DNA of 64,000 bases from Paragordius varius (taxonomy: Eukaryota; Animalia; Nematomorpha), in contig OZ176055.1 of assembly GCA_964247055.1 (NCBI GenBank), positions 5,580,001 to 5,644,000 on the forward strand, read 5' to 3'. The notes under the pieces are model-generated. The model was not told where the DNA came from. It ran no database searches and was given only the letters and a program-made list of their open reading frames with translations. Positions 1-12,459 of this stretch are shown one piece after another. The position numbers and the translations under genes are program-made. Numbering within the stretch: position 1 is the stretch's first letter; each line of letters begins with the position of its first letter.

Positions 1-170
1 ATTGATAATTGGCCAAAAATAATGTGAATTGGGTAATTTATAAATGCGCTCACTTAAAAAAAAACTTAAAAAAAAGAGTCAAAAGTATTTAATAACCTTA
101 AAGTTTTGTTTTCCATAGATTATATATATTAAAATTAATCGTAAATATTCAAAATATTTATTTGAATTAC

Positions 171-291
171 CTATTGAAATGGTGGTTGTAGAATCCGTCG
201 TTTCTGATTTAGCCGCATAAGCCAAATTAATGATTGATAGAAAACATATAATCTTTAAATACCATGGAATAATTTCTTTTGTAAGCCACAT
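171..291 (-). CDS. Probable first coding exon of a secreted or membrane protein; gene continues beyond the left edge
   Basis: ATG at 291 opens MWLTKEIIPWYLKIICFLSIINLAYAAKSETTDSTTTISI: a signal-peptide-like hydrophobic stretch with an AYA-A cleavage-like site, then a Thr-rich run, ending at a phase-1 donor AG|GTAATT at 170. No family recognised. Confidence 0.45.
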
Positions 292-1275
292 GGTATATAC
301 AGATGGGTTAATTGGTAAATATCCAAATGTTATGTGTCGGTATATGTGCCTATGTATGGACATTAAGGAATTATTAAGAATAAAATAAGGTAACTAATGC
401 ATCTTGTATATATTAGCTAACATATTGAACACAATCGAATAATTCAATATTTGAAAGGCAGACCAACAATTATTAAAAATTCGGATAGTAATCAAATTTT
501 TTTATATTATTTGATAAAAAATTTGTTAATAATAATAATAATTAGACAAGAATGATGACTGACCAAAAATCCGTATATAAATGACAATTTAATAAAACAA
601 TGAAATGTATGAAAAGAGTAGACAATAATATGAGGTTTTGTTTCAAAAAATTAATTTAAAGAAATTACTTTTGAAAAAAACAAGTACCCTATATATTAAA
701 AAACCTAATTCCGATGAAAAATTCTAAAGACGAGAGTACATTAATATATATATTATTTATAAAGCTCCATTGCTACACGCTAGAAAGATATATATTATAA
801 AGAAAAAAAAATTTTATGATATGGGAAACTTTTAATATCGCAAACTCTATCAGTTTTTTGTGTTTTTCTGAAATTAAAAGTTTAGTCAGACACTTTGGAT
901 TAGAACAGACAAACAAATTATGAATAAATTATATTTCTTATTTTTGGTCCCTAAACTCAAGAAATATATCTACAGGTAAAAAATATTTTGAAAATATCAT
1001 TAATAATTGAGTTAGATATTAAAAAAGTTTACAATATAATCTTGAATTTAACATTATATATAACTTATGATTTATATAACCACAATCCCAGATGGTTTAA
1101 TCACTATATTTTTGTTAGTTCAAAACTGCTGAGCTTATTTTATAAAAAAGCAAGGTTCATTTTTTAAAAGTACTTTTTATGGATGCCTAATTTTTTCAAA
1201 AAAACTGAGGAAAATATGGAATTTCAATTACAATTTAAATTTTTTAAAAGGCAATGAAAATTAAGTTTATAAGTA

Positions 1276-1391
1276 CAGTACCGTGTGGTAACAAATAACA
1301 AATGGTTTAAATTGAACATCTTTTCCCTTTGTTTAAAATTAATTTTGTATATTTAATTATGGACAAACTTATTTTATGCCATACGCTACTG
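1276..1391. mobile_element. Tc1/mariner-like MITE (CAGTAGCGTATGG-type TIR family), degenerate copy
   Basis: Ends CAGTACCGTGTGGTAA and TTATGCCATACGCTACTG. It resembles the reverse complement of the copy at 37907-38017. Confidence 0.55.
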
Positions 1392-1604
1392 GTTATAACA
1401 CTTTATCATAATCACCATATGGGAAAGATAGATTTTTTGGCTTGTCTTAAAAACCACAATTATTAATCAATCAAAAATTTATTACAACATAATTAATCCT
1501 TATAAAAAAAAATAAAAAATTAATGTCCATAAAAGATCTTAGAAAAAAAGTTTAATTTTTATTTTGTAAAAACTTTTTTCAAGTTTTTGATTGATATACA
1601 TATA

Positions 1605-1766
1605 CAGTAGCGTATGCAGTAAAAGATTGTTAGTGCAAAATAATCTTAATAGGGGGATATTATGGATATGTTTATAAATAGGACTTTAATATATGAAAAT
1701 TGTACCCCTGTTTTGTGTTCGTTAAGATTATTTTGCACTAACAATCTTTTACTGCATACGCCACTG
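1605..1766. mobile_element. Tc1/mariner-like MITE with ~45-bp TIRs and TA flanks
   Basis: CAGTAGCGTATGCAGTAAAAGATTGTTAGTGCAAAATAATCTTAA from 1605 and its near-perfect reverse complement ending at 1766. TA on both sides; no ORF. Confidence 0.75.
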
Positions 1767-1844
1767 TATGGTGATGAGTGATTATATTTTTCTAATCTGA
1801 TCTTAAGTAAAAAGTGGCGACATACAAAGTTGTTTATAGTTATA

Positions 1845-2018
1845 CAGTAGCGTATGGCATAAAACATTATTAGCCCTATAAAAGAATAAAAAAATGTTTT
1901 TTTTAAAAAAACAAGCCTAGTTGCATAGACACATGTCCATAATATCCCCTTGTTTTCAAATAAAAAACATTTTTTTATTCTTTTATGGACTAATATTTTT
2001 TTATGCCATACGCTACTG
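1845..2018. mobile_element. Tc1/mariner-like MITE with ~60-bp imperfect TIRs and TA flanks
   Basis: CAGTAGCGTATGGCATAAAAA ... TTTTTATGCCATACGCTACTG, flanked by TA on both sides. Confidence 0.75.
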
Positions 2019-3296
2019 TAAATATAACTTGTATGAGATATAGAAATTCAATTAGAAGGTAGAGACAGTCTTTATAAAAAAGTTTATTTTTTTCGTAAAC
2101 TACACATTTGTGGAGTTAAATATCTGGATACAATATAATCCTGCTTTTTGCAGATCAAAAAATTCCAAAATATGTAGAGAGTAAAATAATTATTGAAACA
2201 ACTCTACTCTTTCGCTAACGATATAAAATTATTAAATAACAGCTAATGTTTGACATTGAATTACAGATAGTATTTATTTATTTAACAAATTTATAATATT
2301 TCTTATATAAAATATTAATAATTAAATATATATTAAATATCAAATATAATTATTATCATTAATAAATAATCATAAGATAATTAGTAATCTTTTAACATTG
2401 AATTTGCAATAAATATTTTATATTAAAAATGAAGGTAATTAGTCTCAAATTATACCATATAAATATAAAGGTTTGGAATATTTGAAAGATAGAGAGAGCT
2501 TATGAATATTTTAATAATAAATATCTATAAATGTCATCATGCATAATAATTAAATAATTATGATAATTAAATACGAAAGGAGGGGAAAAATAGGCAGATA
2601 CATAAAACCAAAATTAATTACAATTTTATGGAAAATATTTTGATAAAAATATTTTAAAAGACTAGTTGCAGTGTTAATTAATCAAAATTTATGAAGATTT
2701 TTGAGGTCAATTGCCCAAATCATATTAAAAAATACTTGTCTAAACCCCAATAATCTTATATATATATATATAAATATTATTGATATATAAACAATAAATG
2801 TGTTTGTATAAAGTATATAAAAAAGGTAGGTTTTTTCACATAATATTGTTACATAATGTGCTAAAGTGAAATTGACACCTATAACTATAAATGCAAAATT
2901 AACACAGCTTTACATTAAACATTGTTTCAAAGAAATTTAAAAAAACGATTCTATATACATGCATATAAAGAGTTAATAAATTAATTAGGGTCCAAATTTA
3001 TCATATAACTTAAAAAGAACGATATTAGAAACTTATGTTAAACAATAAAAACTATGAAGGTGTATCAAGAAAAAATAGAAAAATTTTTATTATTTAAATT
3101 TTTTAAACAGATATTAATTTTTAAAAATACTTACTAATTTGGAAGAGGAGAAAGGCGTTAACTTGTTTGCGGCATGTGAAATTTAAAAATACGATAAAAC
3201 AATGTTATGCTTAAAAAAGTAAATCAACTGATTCATAATTCAAAATATTTAAATACAGCATCATTTTTTTTATACATTTGGCTTTTTATTTAGGAT

Positions 3297-5282
3297 ATGC
3301 CTGCTGAAAATATATTGCCAACTGTTGATGAAGCTAATTTAATATATGCTCAAACGGAATATATTACTATAATTCACCATCTTTTAAAATCTGTGGCATT
3401 TAAAACTTGTGCCACTATTTTTTTCTCCACCAACGGTGTAAGAATAGTGGTTGAAGATGGAATTGCTTTACAAGCAAACGCATATATCCCAAAAGATTTA
3501 TTTTCAACCTATAAACTTGATAAGGATGTAAAATTTAGACTAAATTTAGATCTACTTTTAGTTAAATTTTATTTATAAATTGTAGAATGTTCTTCAAACT
3601 TTTAAATCAAATTTCGGATCATCCAGTTTATCTCATTCCAAATTGCCTTCCTCGCATAATTTAACGTTCAAATATTCCCAAATGGGTGGAAATTTGTATG
3701 TGATAATAGATGAGGAAGATATGAAAACTCGATGTTCCTTTAAAACAATTAATGGCGAGGAAATTTTGTCATTTAATACGATTGAAGCTAATTTACGAAA
3801 TAAGTTCATTATGAAATCCGAAGTGTTAAAAGATATATTCAAAGATTTTGACTCATCTTACGACATATTGGAGATGTCAGTGTCTCAAAATACCCCAAAC
3901 ATAACGTTTACCATGTTTGGAGACTTGGGATCTATGAATGTTAGATGTTACTTTTTTATATTTTTGCTCGTTAAAATATTTATCAACAAATTGACCGTTT
4001 AACACTTCCTGACCTTTTTATTTTTTTGTCCTATTTGAGATATTGGGTAGTTTTATATCTTAGAGTTCACTTTTGTAATTAATTTTAGTTTAGAAAGTTA
4101 TACTTAAAATTTAATTATCCAACATTGTTGTATTAGATGAAAGAATTTTTTATTTTTTACAGTATTGTGAATTATAGAGTCTGAAATTGAAGCAGCTCCA
4201 AAACATGATTGAATCGAATGATATAAAATAAAAATATATTAAGTTTTTGCTGGTAAAATGTAGCCTGAAAGCTTTTCGAAAATTAATTTATATTTTTTGA
4301 CCAATTTACATTTATTTACCTGTTGCATTTAAAAAATAAATAAGAAAAAATGGCAACGGAAAAGTTTAAGATGAGGATTTTTTTATTATTTATTTTTTTT
4401 AAAAAAATTGGATGTGCCTACTTGAGAAAGTAATTTTTAAATTCAGCTTAACGCCTTAAATACTTTTTTAAATATTCAAATTTAGATCTCTGGGATATAA
4501 AACTACCCCAAAAAGTAATGGAATGTTTAGGAGAATTTTGGTAATAAAATTATTTTCGTCGGTTAAGTGTCAAAATTAAATGTTACAGTTTTAAAATAAT
4601 TGGAATATCATAACTATCCTTAAACTTCCTATTCCAAAACAGTTTATATCAAGTTGGTTAGTTTATGATTTTTATACATTAAATGGTTGCACCAACCCTA
4701 CTAATACAGATTTATGTTTCGCTATTTTTCCAAATTTATTTTATTTCCGTCGGTAATTAGAATCTTAGGTGGCTGAAACAGTTTTATTTTTTTTATATTT
4801 CTTCCGTATCATATTTGACATAAGTTGAAAAAAAAATATAATTTGTTCTGTTAGGGCCTATTAGTTTTTTAAAAGTAAATTCTATAATTAATGGGTACTT
4901 TCCACGACTAGAAAATAATCAATGATGATGAAATTTTATTACTATCACGCGTCAACTATTTGCAAAGAATTTACTTTTTTGTTCACCTCTCCTATATAGC
5001 ACAATCATATTGATTGACAAAATGTATCCTTTTTAGATTGAATTTTCGCAAACATCCTCTTGCGTGGAATATGCTAGTATTAAAGAAGACATAAAACTAC
5101 GCTTTAAAATCTCCATACTGAAACCGGTATTCAAAGCTCTCATGTATTCAAGCAAAGTATCCCTTAGTATTTATTCCAATGGATGCGTATCTTGGCAACA
5201 CATGATAAAACAAAGAGAAAATTTCGATTTGCCATGTTTCATTGAATACTTTTGCGTTGCGTTAGATGATTATGACTTATAA
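3297..5282 (+). CDS. RAD1: Cell-cycle checkpoint protein RAD1 (9-1-1 clamp subunit, PCNA fold)
   Basis: Exons 3297-3560, 3586-3939, 5037-5282; introns 25 and 1097 nt, GT-AG, phases consistent. Motifs LLKSVAFKTCATIFFSTNGVRIVVEDGIALQANAYIPKDLF, FRLNL, LKPVFKALMYSSKVSL and FIEYFC match RAD1 family motifs as recalled. Confidence 0.9.
3999..4573. mobile_element. TTAA-CACTT-terminated ~570-bp non-autonomous element (family E) in RAD1 intron 2
   Basis: Begins TTAACACTTCCTGACC and ends GGTTAAGTGTCAA. Internal blocks (TGAAAGCTTT, GTTGCAT..AAAAGTTT.AGATGAGG, GATATAAA.TACC.CAAAA.GTA) recur at ~13879-14400 and ~26380-27060. Confidence 0.5.
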
Positions 5283-5406
5283 GGAAAATCAGACATAAAT
5301 TAACTATTTAATATTACTTACTCTGTGATGTATACATAAAAACATATATATTATCAATTAATTAATTTATTTGTTTTATATGTAAAAAATAAATACAAAT
5401 TTGTTA

Positions 5407-5408
<2 letters not shown>

Positions 5409-5438
<30 letters not shown>
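5409..5438. repeat. (TA)n microsatellite between the convergent RAD1 and ITPK1 stop codons
   Basis: Uninterrupted alternating AT run of about 14 units. Confidence 0.9.
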
Positions 5439-5442
<4 letters not shown>

Positions 5443-5561
5443 TAAAAATGTGTAAACCCCTTTTTGACGCTTATAATTAGAGAATTTTTTTATGATAAAA
5501 ATATGAAAATTTTGGTGTTATATATAAATATATATAGGTATAAAACTAGCCGGTAATAATC

Positions 5562-8500
5562 CTAACCAACAGATTTGAGTTGACGACCAGCACGGTAATT
5601 ATTAGTATTAATATTATTATCGGTTATTGGAAGATTTGTTGAAGTGGTATTGCATAGTAAAGGGGGATTAATGAGATTATGAGATTCTTTGGTTGGAAAC
5701 GGTCTTATATCTTTGGATTCAACTACTGGTTTCATGGTGGATTGCGTTAATTTATTTTCTACAATATCGGATTTATAATGTTGTTCAGTTAAATGAGTGT
5801 TACTTTCTGTGGTCAATTCATTGAGCGGTGGAAGTGTTTCATCCTCTAAAATACTGTATAGGCCCAACTCCCGATCTAAAGTGGGTATGTGTGAAGTCAT
5901 ACCAAGTTTTTGCAGCGTTAAACGAAACAAAGCTTTGAAAAAGTCGGGAACTCCATCGTATCCTAAAAATTAATGTTTATACATGTGCAGTAAAAATTGA
6001 AATCAGACAGAAAAAAAGTAAAAACTAAAAGACAAATATATTTTTCAAACGGCTATCATATAAATATATAATAACAATTTTTTACAAATTTATTCCATTT
6101 CTTATTTTGAAACCGAAAACGATGAGTTATATTCAAACGAAATAATGTTTAACATATGGTTTTAAAAAACAATTTTTAGTTTTTACGTTTTTTCTGTATT
6201 TACATTGGACTGTAATATTATTTTAATTAAACTTAAGGTTATGAAATAAACTATTTAAATTTTGGGTAGTACCTGGGAATACATTTATATCTATAATGTA
6301 TAATTTTCCAGTTTTTTTGTCCCTTATTATATCGATTCCAAAGAGCGAAAGGCCAAGCGTTGCACTAAACAATCTAACAATTTGACCAACTAATGCATGA
6401 TTTAATTTATTGGGCGATAATTGGTTATGGATAAGAGGGCTGGTCCGTAAATTACTATGTTTTTTAGGTTTTATTCCATACTGATATTGTTCTTGATCCG
6501 TAGATGCTGGAATGTTTGAGCTAATTTATATTAGAAATTATTAAACTAAAAAAAATCAAAAACAGTTTTATTCGAAAAATTTCAATTTTTAAAGATAATT
6601 CAACTGTTTTTATCGATATTTAAATACAAACAAACTTATGGTAAAAATTAAGCGTTATATCTAAATAATATATAATTTTGATTGCAATTCGTTTATGAGC
6701 CCCTTGATTGCAAGAAAGAGTGTTATTATAATAAAAAGTATTCCCTGTAATTAAAAAATCAAAATTTTTAAGTGCGTATTTTAAAGTGCTTAGAGCTTCA
6801 GTTAAAAATAAAAATCTAACATTTATATTATTTTTAACTGTTTTGAATGCTTAGTGCTATGATGCTAAATAAATTATAACAACTACTAAAATATACTTAA
6901 CTTTGATAATATGTGAGTTTTTTAAATAAATTTATATTTCCATTCAAAATTATATTACGCTATAAGTTAATCAACGCAGCATGCTTTTGAAGACACAAAT
7001 GGATTGATTGATTGATTATAGCGATTAGAAAATTTTATAATTTCAGAGAAAATACTATAAAATATAATTCAAATAATAGTCCTACAAAATATAACTTTGG
7101 GGGTCAATCATCCCACACCATTTGAATATACATATTCAAATGGTGTGGAAAAAATTTTCTATAAATCAAATCCGGTTATTTAAAATAAAGATTTTTAATA
7201 TATAAACTATTAAGATACTTCTGTCAAATAATCTTTTATCATTATGTTAAATAAATTATGAAAAAAATTACCTATCAATAGGTGCCATATTTTGTTTCAG
7301 GTTTAAATCATTTTCGCTTTTAGTCTTAACAATTTCCGATTTAAGATCTAAGGTATTTGATTTATTCACATTTGTATTTTTAAAATTTTTATTGCTAAGA
7401 TTTCTTTGCATTTTGGTGGTTGGAACCGTTGTAATAGAATGGACTGATTCATCACTACTTAATCCACCATCATCTAGCTATTATTTTATAAAGTATTATA
7501 CAAATATTTCAACATTGACAAATATAAAAAATCACAGTATCGGACGTCATCTCTGAAAAATTTGAAGTAAAACATGCCAAGTTTGACTTATTTAAAATGT
7601 ATCAAAAATCTAAGTAGTTAAATAAATTTGCTCTTTAGCATGGTTAAAAGAAAAATAATATTTTACCAAAAATATTTAAGATAATTACTTGATTTAGCGT
7701 TGAGCAAGCGTCAGCACGTGAAACATCATTACTCCTAAAGTGGATGGTAGGATGATCTATTTAACAATAAATTTAAATAAAAGTTAAATCAACAACATTT
7801 TTATCCTAATTTTCCATAATTATTTAGCAAAAAACGGTTTCGATTTCATAAAATTCATTTAGAAAAAAAGGAGTTTAATGAATAGTCAGAAAAACATTTG
7901 TGTCAACGCATAACATTGTGTTTTGGTAAAATATTATTTAAATTTTTTTAAATTTATTCGCTTAATAACATCACAATATTATAAATAATTAAATGTTACC
8001 TTTTACAAAAAAAAGTGAATTTGCTTTTTATTCAAACATAAAGGTTTTTACATTGTAAAATTGGATAAAAATCATATCCCAGTTTTCTTACTACCATCTT
8101 AATTCTTTTAAAGTTAAAAATATTTTTAGAAAAAAAGACAAGTACGAACCTCCGGCTGAAAAGTTTTTGAGTGAGGGTCGTCTCACAACATACCAAACCT
8201 CACCAATCACAAAAACTTTGAAGAGTGTAGCATTGTGTTTAACAAAGGATTGCACTACAATTTGACGACACGGTTTACCTGTCGAGGTATTTACATTAGG
8301 TTCTGGCGTTTTATGCGGTATATCACTAATTAAAATTCAATGTTCAATAAACACATACATAATCCAAAATAGCTTTATAAGAAATTTTTGGAAACACTTT
8401 TGTTTACATTAAAAAACACTTTAATTGAAATGCAATTAAAATATTTAAAGTGACCATATGTGTAACCGTAATACATGACGATTGGCATTATGCCATAAAT

Positions 8501-9940
8501 TATTCAAGGATATATATATGTATCTGCATTTAAATAATATATGTAATTTGAAACAGGAAATTAAATATAATTAAGTCATATTTGCAAAAAAATCAAAAAG
8601 GCCAAAATATATTTTAAATCTAAAAACAAATACCATATTTCTCCGTTTGAATCACAACACTTTTGAGCCAAAATATTCAAGGTTTTTATTAAATGCTTTT
8701 CTCCAAACACAAGTGACATATCATGAGACCATTCCGCACCATGAGCTTCGATTGGTTTGCAAACTGAAAAAGCAATTAATATGAAAATTTAAATTATTCG
8801 CTGTAAACTAAACTAAATAAATAAAAAGTTTTAATTTTTTATAAATTATTAAAGCATTTTTAGGGCCTATCTATATTTTAAAAAAAAGAGTAACCTTAAA
8901 AATCAAGTAAATTTTAATAAGGTTCATTATTTTTTGGTTTTATTGATTAGTAATTAAGTAAATGAAAAATATAGTTAATAATTTTTGCCGTTAAGACGGG
9001 GAAGAGGTTAAGTGCTTTAAAAAAAACATAGAAAATCAAAAATAAATTTTAGTTTTATGCCTAAATAATTAAAATTTTTCTTCCATAAATAGTGAAAAAA
9101 AAACAAATTCGGAATATGTTTAAATTTTCCAATTAAAAAAATTGGAGTAGCGACTTACTTAAAGGAAACTTAATATTATAACGCTTAAGAAGTTTGAGGT
9201 AGGTTTGTTTACAAGAATGCTCATTCAATTGCAATATAGTAAAATTAGGCGTGTCAACTACATCTAAAATATACAATATATATATATGGTAATGATTATT
9301 TTAATAATGAATTATAAAAAAAAAATATAATATGTAAATGAGTCATGTGAAAAATATTATTACAAAATGATCTCTTTTTGTTGACAATATTTTTTACACA
9401 ACGATGTAAAAATATAATACAGGCTGTAATTTACTAAAAAAATATTAAAAAAATAAAAAATTACCATTTATTTTAGATGATACAGTTTTACGGATAAGTT
9501 TGTATTGTAAAAATCTGTTCAAAAGTAATCGTACATTAGTAAATGGATCAATTATTATGGTTTCCGGGTGAGCTTTAATATAATTCTAAAAATTATTATA
9601 TGGTAATTAAAATACTAAGCATATTTTTATCTATTATATCAAGTGTAATATAATAAACACCTCAAAGGCTAAACACACGTGCCTATAACATTCATTCCCC
9701 TGGTCTGCCTTTGCAATCAAATCAGAAAGTTTGTGTATAATCACATGGTATGGCCCTTGCTCCTCCAAAGTTAAGCTCAAATCAATCTTCAAATAAATGT
9801 TTAAGTACCTGTCGCAATTGTATATCAAATTTCCTATTATATAAAAAAGAAATAAACCTGCATATGTAAGAAAAATCGGAAAAATTAAGTTTTTTCGATT
9901 TTTTCTCACTCACCCAATATCCGACAATTTTTTGAGTCAT
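5562..9940 (-). CDS. ITPK1: Inositol-tetrakisphosphate 1-kinase / Ins(1,3,4)P3 5/6-kinase (ATP-grasp)
   Basis: 11 exons: 9858-9940, 9809-9833, 9661-9786, 9465-9585, 9159-9263, 8634-8763, 8150-8325, 7689-7756, 7272-7477, 6273-6520, 5562-5962. All GT-AG and phase-consistent. Motifs VGYWVSEKKSKKLNF, EEQGPYHVIIHKLSD, HPETIIIDP, CKPIEAHG..SHDMSLVF, VVQSFVKHNATLFKVFVIG, RPSLKNF, LGLSLFGIDII, IIDINVFPGYDGVPDFF. Extra exons in 6521-7271 cannot be excluded. Confidence 0.93.
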
Positions 9941-10329
9941 TTCATATTTCTCAGCTCTAAATTAACTATCATTTGTGCAACAACTGATTGATAGTGGACA
10001 AAAAGTGTTAAATAAAAAGTTGTTTTCATTATTATCTTTATGTTCAGAGTTTCTCAAGAATTTATTACATTTTTCTATATACACGATGACTTTTGGGGAG
10101 TTTTTTTCTCTCCTAGAAATATCAAACTCTGCTGTATTAGATAGAACCAAGTCTTAGAAAATCCTTCGTTTTAAACAGGAAAACGTTATGAATTTAACAT
10201 TCCGATATAGATTGGGGTATCTAAAGACAGTCCATTTTTATATCGGTATAATTATACCGGATAGTCCTAACTTAATGCTTTTTTCTATAATAAATTATAT
10301 AAATTAACTAAATGTGAAAAAAATCTGTG

Positions 10330-11345
10330 TTTAAAATAAAACCTGTTTTATGAAAAAATAATCAAATTATGATGGTGCTTTTGATTTTGGCACTTACGAG
10401 TAACTTTGGTATTTACACTTTTGTGGTAAGTGCTCTATTAAGAAAATGGCAAACTATGCGTTTTTCAGATAATTTTTTTGGTTAACGATAAAAGATGCAT
10501 TGCAAAGATTTTATTAAAACACACTTATAAGAAACAAATTGAAAAAAATAGAATTTTTTGACGTAGTCTTCGAAAGTCCCAAATATTTTCGATCTTCGAA
10601 AATGAGCTAGTCTATCTAAAAAAACGCAAAAATTCCGAGATTGCGCAAAATATTTAAATATATGCTAAACTTTATATAAACAAAATATTTTTAAGAAATG
10701 CATTTTTTTCTAAATTTAATTTTAAACAAAATTTTTAAGTCTTTATACGGTTTTTAGTCATACGTTTTCAAAAGGCTTTAGAAACAAAAAACATTTTCTA
10801 TCGTTCGTCTCTTACCAAAATAAAAAGTATGACCTTTAAATTTAAATTCTTAAGCGAAACAAATTTCAGAATCATCAAATAATGTAGAAAAAGTGTTATT
10901 TTATAGGTAATATACCGTTTTCATACCTAAAAATAGTATGAAGTAGGCATTAATAAAATATTAAAAATTAAATTTTTGTTTAAAATATGCAATTTTTTAA
11001 ATTTTTATCTCAAAATTTAGCATATATTTAGAAATATCATTGTGCAATCCCGGCATTTTTGTGTTTATTTTAATAAAGAAGGCGATTTCAGCAGAGCAAA
11101 AAAATTAAAGACTTTCTGTGCCTACATACAAAAATTAAAAAAATTTTAAAAGTATTTTTTGCTATTTATAGATAGTTTATTACAAACTTTGTGATGTTTT
11201 TGGAATAAAGCATTTAGCTTTCACCAAAAACGTTTTTTTTTAATTTGCTTTGCACTTACCACAAAAGTGTATTACCAATAACTGATAAGGGATAACTAAA
11301 AGCATCAGGATAATCTTGATACATTTCTTATCAAAATATATATAT
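10330..11345. mobile_element. ~1-kb foldback non-autonomous DNA element (family B)
   Basis: The left arm (GATGGTGCTTTTG..CACTTTTGTGGTAAGTGCTC..AAAATGGC) is an imperfect reverse complement of the right arm (..GCACTTACCACAAAAGTG..AAAAGCATC). The same sequence occurs at 18170, 25660 and 49994. Boundaries approximate. Confidence 0.65.
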
Positions 11346-11352
11346 ATATATA

Positions 11353-12455
11353 CTAGCTGGATTTGAATGGGTCTACCGGTTTTCCGGTACCAGATCACAA
11401 AATTACATGAGGAATCAGTTTTTAGCGGGTAGCTCCTTACCCAGCAGCTATCATCAAAGAAACGCCTGACTAAAATTTTTGCATAAGAGGGAATACGTGG
11501 AATCCATATTGAATTTTTACAATCTCATACATTGGTCGAAAAATAGATTTAAAAATATATTTTTGTGGAGTTTGTTTTTTGAAAAAGGTGGCATTTTACG
11601 GGGGGAGCGGGTAAAAAGAGGGCCTAAATCAAAAAAGCGGGACGACTATGTTTGGCGCAATTGAAAATAAGTAAATAAAATCATATTTGAAATAGAATGG
11701 ACCAACACGTTCTCCGGAAAATTGTCTCAAAGACACGATTTTTGTGGATTTCTGTTTTCAAAAAAAACCCGTTTTTCACACGGGGTGGGCCCGAACTGGG
11801 GGCCTATTTCGAAAAAAGGCGAAGCTATTGTCGGGGCATTCATTAATGATTATTTTTTTTCGAAGTTTGGATTTGAATGGGTCTACCGGTTTTCCTCCAT
11901 ATCACAAAGCCAGCATTTTCCATTTTTATTAATATATCCATAAATAATGTATTAATATCCATATATCTTTTAACATCCTATACATATGATAGATACTCCT
12001 TACTCAGCAGCTATCAAAGAAACGCTTGACTAAATTTTTGCCTTTTAACAGGCAATACGAAAAATTTTTCTCAAATTTTTACAGTCTCATACCGTGGGCA
12101 AAAAAATACAATCAGAAATATTTTTATGGACTTTGTTTTTTTTGAAAAAATGGCATTTTAAGGGGGTAGCCGGTAAAAAGAGGGCCTAAATCAAAAAAGT
12201 GAGTCGACTATGTTCAGCGCGATCCTAAATAAGTAAACAAAAATCATATTTGAAATTGAATTGTCCAACACGTTCTCCAAAAAATTGACTTAACCCATTT
12301 TTCACATGGGGTGGGTCCGAACTGGGGGCCTATTTCAAAAAAAGGGCGAAGCTATTGATGATTATATTTTTTCGAAGTTTGGATTTGATTGGGTCTACCG
12401 GTTTTCCTGTACCAGATCACAAAGCCAGCATTTTCCATTTTTATAAATATATAGA
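11353..12455 (-). mobile_element. Two head-to-tail copies of a short non-autonomous Helitron (family D)
   Basis: About 11353-11940 and 11990-12455 are direct repeats of each other and resemble 24087-24609. The minus strand starts TCTATATATTTATAAAAATGG at 12455 and ends CTAG at 11353. Confidence 0.7.
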
Positions 12456-12459
12456 TTTC

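Noticed and set aside
8620-8633. Apparent 14-nt GT-AG intron in ITPK1
   Set aside because: Using this acceptor creates TGA. The acceptor at 8326 restores the conserved frame.
9962-10157. Overlapping 60-62 aa ORFs on both strands upstream of ITPK1
   Set aside because: No recognisable homology or splice continuity; the ITPK1 N-terminal motif starts at 9940. A uORF is possible but unsupported.
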